This document shows, piece after piece, positions 12,601 through 21,600 of a DNA stretch of 64,000 nt. The DNA is taken from NCBI GenBank assembly GCA_035547395.1, contig DASZVA010000010.1, positions 74,471-138,470 of the forward strand, written 5' to 3'. Made by a program: the position numbers and the translations under genes. The notes under the pieces were generated by a model, which saw nothing but the letters and a program-made list of their open reading frames with translations, was not told the origin of the DNA and ran no database searches. Source of the DNA: Candidatus Peribacteraceae bacterium. GTDB taxonomy: Bacteria; Patescibacteriota; Gracilibacteria; Peribacterales; Peribacteraceae. Position 1 is the first letter of the stretch. Each line of letters opens with the position of its first letter.

Positions 12601-15600
12601 CGCCCGCCTCCTCCGTTGTATGTACCGCCGTCGCCGCCATTTGCCGTGATGGACCCAGAGCCATTCAGCGTGGTTGCCGTGATGTTGATGCTACCGCCCG
12701 CGCCATTGTTGTTGCCGCTCGCTCCTTTGCCGTTCGCCGTCAGAACGCCGTTGACGGTCAGTGTTCCGCCGACGTGCACTTGGATCGATCCGCCACCCGG
12801 CTGATGCCAACCGCCGCTTCCAAGCTCTGTCGGATTCGTCATGGATCCATACGTCGAGAGTGTGTTGACGGCGCCCATGCCGCCGTGCGTTCCGGCGCCA
12901 TAGCTCGGTGCTTTTCCTGCGCCTGGTCCTTGTGCGGCTGCGAATCCCTGGCCGACTGCCGTGATCGTCGCCCCCGTCGCCACCGTCAGGCTTCCATCCA
13001 CAATAATATTCTGCCCCGATCCGTTTCCGGTAAGCGACGAGTACGCAACCGTCACCGTCGCACCGCTGTTTACGGTCATATTGCCGACGACGTGCAGATT
13101 ATTCTGCGCACCGGCGGTCCAGGTGAGTCCCGTGGTGTTTGATCCGGAATCCGTGAGATCGCCATTCACCGTGAGCGCGTGGCTGAGCGTGATGCTTCCG
13201 GTATAGCTCTTTGCGATCGTGATGCTGTTGACTGTGCCTGCGAAGCTGGCATCAACTGTCGCATTTTTCTTGCCGGTCGAGTCGAAGACTACGTTATCCG
13301 TCGACGTCGGCACCACGCCTGTGCTCCAGTTTCCTGCCGTGCTCCAATTATTGTCGGATCCTCCACCCGTCCATGTCACCGTCGGCGCGGCGAAGCTCCA
13401 ATTAGTGTTATTTCCGCTGTCCGTACAGTTGCTCGTACAGCTGAGCGTTGCACCACTTTCTGCATTGCTATCCTGCACATCCAAGTAACTCAAGCTTTGT
13501 GTGCCCGCACTACCATCCAAGAGAATATGTGCCCCTGTTCCGCTGTGCGTCGAGCGGATACTGAGCAGATTCGAAGACGCTCCATTCAGCGTCAATGCTC
13601 CACTTGCACTCTGACGTCCGGTGTAATCGAAGAAGAGGGAAGCGGCCGTCGTCACGTTCTTTGTCAGATTGTAGAAGACCGTGTCACCGCTCATCGTCTG
13701 ATTTCCTCCATCAAGCGTCACTGTTCCGTTCTGTGCATCGAACTCACCGACGTTCAGCAGGTTTCCGCTCATCGTGATATTCTTGTTTGAACCCGCATCG
13801 ATTCCACCCGACACGATGTTGAGGTTGCCGCTCAGGCTCAGGTTCGATCCAAGTACGTACACGCCCGACCCCGTATTCTGATAACCGTTTGCGAGGTGTG
13901 CAATTTCGGATGCGGAGAGCGCGCGATTGTAGATGCGGATGTCGTCCATGTTTCCCTTCCAGGAGGTGTCGAATCCATCGGTGCCGATGTCGTTGATTTG
14001 CGTGGAGCTGTTGCCCGTCGTACTCGAGATGCCCGAACCCTGTTTGACGCCGTCGACGTAGAGTTGGTAATCGGAGGTCGTATGGGAATTGCCTCCGGCG
14101 GCTCCAACGATCGTCCAGTGATGCCAGGTATTGGCCGTGGAAAGTGACGGCACGCCGCTGAATTTGACGGCGTTCGTTCCGTCATGCGGGGTCACGTAGA
14201 AGTCGGTTCCGTTGCGGAAGACCAGGAAGTGCTTTGATCCGGTGGCCCACGCGAACAAGCCTTCATAGGTGCCGGGGCTTGTGCCGACCGAATCCCACCA
14301 CGACAGGGAGAAGGCGCTGCTCGGCGGAATCAGACGGGCGGAACTGCCGATATCCACGTAGTCATTCGTCCCGTCGAAGTGCAGGCTCTTCGGATCATAG
14401 AATCTCGTTGATGGCGCATCCATACTCCACGTCGGTTCGTTCGTGAGCGTTCCATTGTTTCCGTTGCCCGAGCTGTCGCGTGCAATCGTGCTGCCCGTGC
14501 CGTCATCCAGCTTCCAGTAGCCGATGAGTCCGTTATTGATCGTCAGGTTCTTGAGCGTGTTATTCCCCACGCTCAGTGTCTCACTCGTCGTATTCGCTCC
14601 GAGCGTCACGCCCGTCGAGGTTGTGAATGTACCAAGCTCCGTCACCAAAGATCCGGTGACCGTGAGTCCGTAGGAACTCATCGTCATCGTCCCCCTGTCG
14701 TACAGGTCCGTTGTCTTCACGAGGCCGCCCGGCGTGAACGTATCGCCGATCCACACCCACAGCTGCTTGCCTGCCGCCACCTGCAGCGTGTTGCTGCCAT
14801 CGACGTTGTAGATGCTGCGAATATCCGCGTATCCATTGTTCTGTCCAATCTTCAAGTAGCCGTTCGTCATCGCGACACTTCCGGAATCACTGCGGACGAT
14901 CAGGTTGTTTTCAAACAGGTTCATGCCTGTCATCGTTCCGCCGCTTCCCAGCGTCACCGTCACACCCTTGGCACTGTTACCGCTGATGTAGAGCGTAACG
15001 ACCGTGCCGCCCGTCATCGTGAGGTTGGAGATCGTGTACTGACCGCCCGCGTCTGTCGTGCCCGTTCCGCTCACAGCGCCCCCGTTCAGACTCACGGCGA
15101 CCTTGATGTTGCTGCCGGCGGTGGTTGCGCCGGTATCCGTGTAGACGAACCCTGTAATGTTCTTCGGCGGGATGAAGAACCAATTCGTATTGTTGCCGCT
15201 GTCCACGCAACCTTCGCTGGCGGAGTAACAGTAGAGCGCCTGTCCGTTGCTTGCGTCCATGTCCTTCACGTCCAGTTCGCTGATGTCCGAGTCCAGCTGC
15301 GTTGCGCTTGCGTTCAGATAGAAGTTGGCGGCACTGCCGCTCATTGTCGAGCGCAGCGAGAGCAGGTTGCCGACCGTGCCGTGGAGCACCAGGCTGCCGG
15401 AGACGCTCTTGGCGCCATCCGTGGAAACGCTCAGCGTCGCGGGGGACGTGACGGTTTTCCGGAGGTCATAGAAGGCGAGCGCACCCGAGAGCGTCTGGTT
15501 GCCGCCGCCGAGGATCACTGCGCCGTTGCGCGCATTGAAGTCCGCTGCGGGCCCCTTGTTGATGAGTGAACCCGTGAGCGTCAGATCGTAATTGGATCCC

Positions 15601-18600
15601 GAGACATCCAGGCTGGAGCCCGAGTCGATCGTCAGGTCGCCGTTTACGGTCAGCGCGGACCCGAGCAGATAGGTGCGGTTCGGACCCGCTGAGCCGCCGT
15701 TGCCGTATCCCTGCGACAACTGCGTGATTTCCGCGTCGGTCAGGCTCCGGCCGTAGAGACGCATGTCGTCGATGTTTCCGTCGAAGATGGTGGAGCTGAA
15801 GTAGGCGGAGTTTGTTTTTCCGAACGTGAGCGGGTTGGATGAGGAGTTTGGAATGCTGATGGAAGCGGCGGTCTTGGTGCCGTCGAGGTACAGACCGTTG
15901 CCGGTGACGGCCACCTGGTGCCAGCTGCCGGTCGTCACCGCAGACGAGCTGCTGAAGATGCTGCTGGCGCCGTTGTAGTCAAAGACAAGCTTGCCTCCTT
16001 CCGCGCCGTCGCGGACCAGGAACTGATAGCCGTAGGAGCTGTCCGCTTTCGCTGCGATGATGCTGTGCGAGGTGTTGGTGTTGAGCTTGATCCAGGCCGA
16101 GATGGTGAAGTTGCTGCCCGTGACGTTGTAGGCGGTTGCGGTGCCCGCGTCCGCGTACTTGCTGCTGCCGAGTGCCAGGCTGTACGGATCGCTGAAGTGG
16201 AGGGAAGGCGTATCGCTGCTCCAGGTGGGGCTGCCGTAGAGTGTTGCCGTGTGGCTGTTGCCGCTGCTGTCAGCCGCCGACGTGCCGGCGCCGTCATCGA
16301 ACTTCCAGTAGCCGATGAGACTTGCCGCGCTGATGCCCGCTGCATCGCCGATCGTCACACCCTTCACCGTATTGCCGCCCAGCACCAGCGTCTGGCTACC
16401 GCCGCCGTCGAGCGTGATGCCGGTGCCCGTCGTGAACGTTCCGCTGTTTGCCACGAGGGAGCCCGAGACCGTGAGCACGTTGCTGCTCATACTCATGGTG
16501 CCGAGCACTTTCAGGGTGTTCGCATTGGTCGCGGCGCCCGGGTTGTACGTATCGCCGGTCCGGACAAAGAGCTGCATGCCCTGGCTCATGGTCAGCACAT
16601 TGGAAGAGTCCACGCTGTAGACATCCGTGATATCACGGTAACCGCTGTTCTGACCGATCTTCAGATCGCTGTTCGTGATGGCAACGGATCCGCTGTCGCT
16701 GCGCACGATCAGGTTGTGTTCGTACAGATCCACACCTGTCATCGTGCCGCCGGAGCCGAGCGTCACGGTTGCGCCCTTGGCGCTGTTGCCGCTGATGTAG
16801 AGCGTGATGACGGTGCCGCCCGTCATCGTCACATCGGAGATCGTGTACTGGCCGCCGCTGTCCGTCGTGCCCGTGCCGCTCACCGCACCGCCGTTCAGGC
16901 TGACTGCCACTTTCACGTTCGATCCGATCACGGTTGTGCCGGTATCCGTGTAGACGGTTCCGGTAATTTTTTTGACGGGTGCGAAGTACCAGTTGGTGTT
17001 GTCGCCGCTGTCGATACAGCCCGATATGCAATTGATGACGGAGGCATCGAGGTTATCGTTATCCTCCACGTCGACGTTGCTGATGCTGCGCGATCCCTGC
17101 GGATCGATCTTTGCCTGAGTACCGCTTTGCGTGGAGCGCAGGGAGAGGTGGTTTCCAGTTGTGCCGTTCAGTGTCAGTGTGTGTGTGACCGTCTGGGTCG
17201 CGGTGGCGGCGAGCGTCAGCGTCTGCGCCGCGCTCACGCTCTTTGTCAGATTGTAGAAGGTCGTTGAACCGCTCATGGTCTGATCGCCGCCGCTGAGGAC
17301 GACCGTTCCCGTTCCGGCGGAGAACGACGCATTGGCAGCCGATGTCTTGAGCCAGGCGCCGCTCAGATTGAGCGTGCCGCCGTTCGTGGTTGCGAGCGTG
17401 CCGCCCGAGAGTGTCAGGTTGCCCTTCACGGTGATGCTTGATCCCGTGAGGTTGAACACGGCGCTGCCTGTCGATCCAATGACGAGATTGCTGTACGTGA
17501 AGTTCTTCAGTATTTCGGTCTGCGCGGATTCGTTGTACAAGACTGTGCTGCCGGTGTTCAGCGTCGGGGTCGTCACGGTTTCGCTGCCGTGGAGTCGCAG
17601 CGTGGCGCCGCTCTGTGCTTTGAATCCGGAGGTGGACGTTGTCAGGTTATTGCCGTTCAGACTGAGCACGCCGCCGCTGAGCGTGAGTTTTGTCGATGAC
17701 ATCGACAGGGCGGATGCGAGCACGGCTTGTCCAGCGGATTTGTGCACGTACCAGAACGGCGAGCTGAGCGTGCCGGCGCTGCTCGTGATCGTCTGTGTCC
17801 CGGTCCCGTCGAACACGGTGTTTGCGTACAGCCGCGATCCGGCATTGGACAGTGTAAAGTCGCCCGCCAGGTTGATCGTGAAGTTGCTGCTTGCGGTTGC
17901 GCTCCCCAAGTACTGGGCGTAGGAGGAACTGCCGTTGAAGACCAGATTACCGCCGACCGTGAGAGTGGGCGTGTTGGTGGCGACGATCGTGGCTCCATAG
18001 AAATTCGTCTGGTTTTGGATCGTGAGATCATTCGCGACCGTGAAGGCGTCTGCGAGCGTGAGCGTTGTCATGCTGCAGCACGACGTACCCACGTTGTAGA
18101 AGAGCACGTCGTGGAACGCGGCATTGCCCGTCGTCACGGTGTAGGAACTCGCGTTGTAAAATTCCATCGTGCCGTCGTTGTGGTTGAAAGTGCCGCCGGT
18201 CCGGTTGAAGGTGCTCTTCGTCGTGAAGACGCCCGTCGGCGCGGTGAATGTTCCCGCCGACTGCGTGAACGTACCGTTATCCGTCAGAGTCTGTCCGTAG
18301 CTGTTCCACGTACCGCCGGACTGATTGATAGAGCTGACGGTCATGCCGCTGCCGCCCGTGAACGTTCCGCTTGAGAGGGTCACGGCCCCGAAGCTTGGGG
18401 AGGCGCTGCCGCTTGCCGTAAAGATATCACTTGCACTGTCGAGTGTGAGTGCCGCGGAGGTGGAGAGGGCTCCGCTTCCGATCACGGTTCCGCTCGTCTT
18501 ACCGATGGTCCACGAGCCGCCGCTGACGTAGCCGGCGGTCTTCGTCACGATCTGGTTGTTGGTGCTTCCGTCAAAATTCACGTTGGCGTAGAGCCTTGCC

Positions 18601-21600
18601 GCCGCATTTGTTTCGGTCAGATTGCCCGCCAGATCGATCGTGAAGTTGCTGCCCGCAGTCGCATTGCCGACATATTGCGTATAGCCCGAACTGCCGTTCA
18701 GGAGCAGATTCCCGCCCACCGTGATCGTCGGCGTGCCGCTACCGTAGATATTTGCTCCATAGACACCCGTCTGGTTTTGGATCGTGAGATCATTCGTGAC
18801 CGTGAAGCCGTCTGCGAGCGTGAGCGTTGTCGCGCTGCAGCATGACGTGCCCACGTTGTAGAAGAGCACGTCGTAGAACGTTGCTCCGCCCGTCGTCACC
18901 GTGTAGGAACTCGCGTTGTAAAATTCCATCCTGCTGCTGTTTGCGTTGAACGTTCCGCCCGTTCTAGTGAAGGTACCCTCCGTGGTGAAGATGCCGCTGC
19001 TCGGCGCATTGAAGGTCCCCGCCGACTGCGTGAAGGCGCCGTTGTCCGTCAGGAATGTGCCGAGGCTGTTCCACGTACCGCCGGATTGATTGATGGAACT
19101 GACGGTCATGTTGTCGCCGCTCGTCATGGTTCCTCCCGAGATCGTCACGGCGCCGAAGCTGCTGGCGGTCGTGCCGCTTGCCGAAAATACGTCGCTCGCG
19201 CTGTCGAGCGTGAGAGAGGCGCTGGTCGTCAGTGTGCCGCCGCCTATCACGGTGCCGCTCGTCTTATTGATTGTCCAGGCGCTGTAACTGCTCACCGTTC
19301 CGGCCGTTTTGGTCACGATCTGATTGTTCGTTGCGCCGTCGAAATTGAGATCGGCGTTCAGGCTGGCGCTTGAGTCGCTCATCGTGACGTCGCCTGCGAC
19401 GTTGATGGCAAAGTCGGAGCCGGCGGAACTGGAGCCTATGTAGATGGTATAGCCCGAAGGAATATCAACGTTTCCGTCGACCGTAATAGTCGGTGACCCC
19501 GATCCGTAGAGGTTGTAGTAATAGGAATTGACGCTGTTTTGGATGGTCAGGTTACCCGCTACCGTAAAGCTGTCTGCGAGCGTGAGCGTGGCATAGGTGG
19601 TATTGGTTTTGCCGATGATCAGGTTATAGAAGGTGGGACTGCCCGACGTGACCGAGAGATTCCCGTTCGCCAGGATCTCGACGGTTCCGTTGTTGTGATT
19701 GAACGTGCCGCCGGTTCTGGCGAATCCGCTGCTGACGGTCAGCGTGTCGGACGTCGCATCGAAGACGCCGCCGGATTGCGAGAAGCTCGTGACGCTCACG
19801 GCACCGCTGCCGCTCATAAATGTACCGCCGCTCTGCGTGAACGGGCCGGTGGTGAGCGTGTAGCCCCCGAGTGCCACGCTGCCCGTGCTCACGTGGAGCG
19901 TGTTGCTGGCCATGCTGATATTGCTGGAGAGCGTCATGACGCCGGAGCTTTTATCGACCGTCCATGTTCCGGCGCCGATTGTCCCGGCGGTTTGCCAGAC
20001 GGTCTGCGCGCCGGTTCCGTCGAAGGTGAGATTGGCATTCAGGCGAGCCGAGGAATCGTTCATGTCCAGGCTGCCCTTGAGGTTGATGTTGAAGTTGGAT
20101 GCCGCGCTGCCATTACCGATGTAGAACACATTGGACGACGCGATGGACATGTTCCCGTTGACCGTCATGGTGGGCAACCCCGATCCGTACAGGTTGTAGT
20201 AATAGGAATTGACGCTGTTTTGCAACCTCACATCGTGTGCCACGTTGATGGCATCCTCGAGTGTCACTGTGACGTACGATGTCACTGTTTTATCAAATGT
20301 CAGATCGTAGAACGTGGCGCCGTCCGTCGTGATCGTGGCGGTGTTGTTCATCAAGAACTTCGTGGTTCCGTTATTGTGGCTGAAGCTTCCACCTGTGCGC
20401 TGGAATGTATTGGCATAGGAACCCGTTCCGCTCGTCGCGGTGAATGTTCCCGCACTCTGGCTGAAGGTGCCGTTATCGGTGAAGTTCGATCCGCCGCTTG
20501 AGCCCGTGAACGTACCGCCGCTCATCGTGAACGCAGTATTGATGGTCATCGCGTTGTTTCCCTGCACGATATTTCCGTTCTGATGCAGATAGCTCGTCGT
20601 AATCGTGCCGCCGAGGTTCAGCGTCGATCCCGTCCAGACATTGAGCGTCTTGCCGCTCGTCACCGTCAGGTTGTTGCTGCTCATGGAGTAGAGCGCCGCG
20701 ATATCGCCGTAGCCGCTTGCTTTCGCCGCGTTCAATATGCCTGCCGTGATCGGCTGACCGATGCTCACGTGCGTGCCGGTGCCGCTGCGCACGATCAGTT
20801 GATCCTTGATGAGCGTCATGCCCGTCATGCTGCCGCCGCTTCCGGTTGCGACCGTCACTGCCTTGTTCGTGCTGCTGCCCGACACGTACAAGGCAACGAC
20901 CGTACCGCCGGTGAGGTTCGTGAGGCCCGAAATCACGTACTGGCCGCCCGCGTCCGTCGTGCCGGTTCCGCTCACTGCCGCACCATTGAGCGAGACGGCG
21001 ACTTTTACACCCGATCCGATCGGCGTCGTGGCGTTTGCATCCGAGTAGACCGTACCGGTGATCGAGGTGGTCGTCGCGAACGTCCAGTTGGTGTTATTGC
21101 TGCTGTCAGTACAGTTGCTGCAAGTGAGCGACGCGCCGAGCGACGCATCCGAATCTTTTACGTCCAGATAGCTGAGCGACTGCGTACCGCTTGAGCCGTC
21201 GAGGATAATCTGCGCTCCCGTTCCGGCATGCGTCGAGCGGACGGAGAGCAGGTTGCCCGCGGTGCCATTGAGCGTCAGCGCGCCGGATACACTCTGCTGC
21301 GACGTGTAGTCGAAGAAGAGGCTCGCTGCCGCACTTACACTCTTCGTCAGGTTGTAGAAAACGGTCGAACCGCTGAGTGTTTGATTCGTTCCGTTGAGTG
21401 TGACCGTTCCGCTTTGCGGCGTGAGTATGCCGGCGTTCTGCATATTTCCACCGAGGGTGATGCCGTAGTTGTGGGACGAAACATCCAGTGTGGTGTCTCC
21501 CAGGTTCAGATTGCCGTTCACGGTAAGTGCGGACCCGAGCGTGTAGGTACCCGATCCGCTCGTCCGGTAGCCGGCGGCCAGATGCGCCACTTCCGACGCA

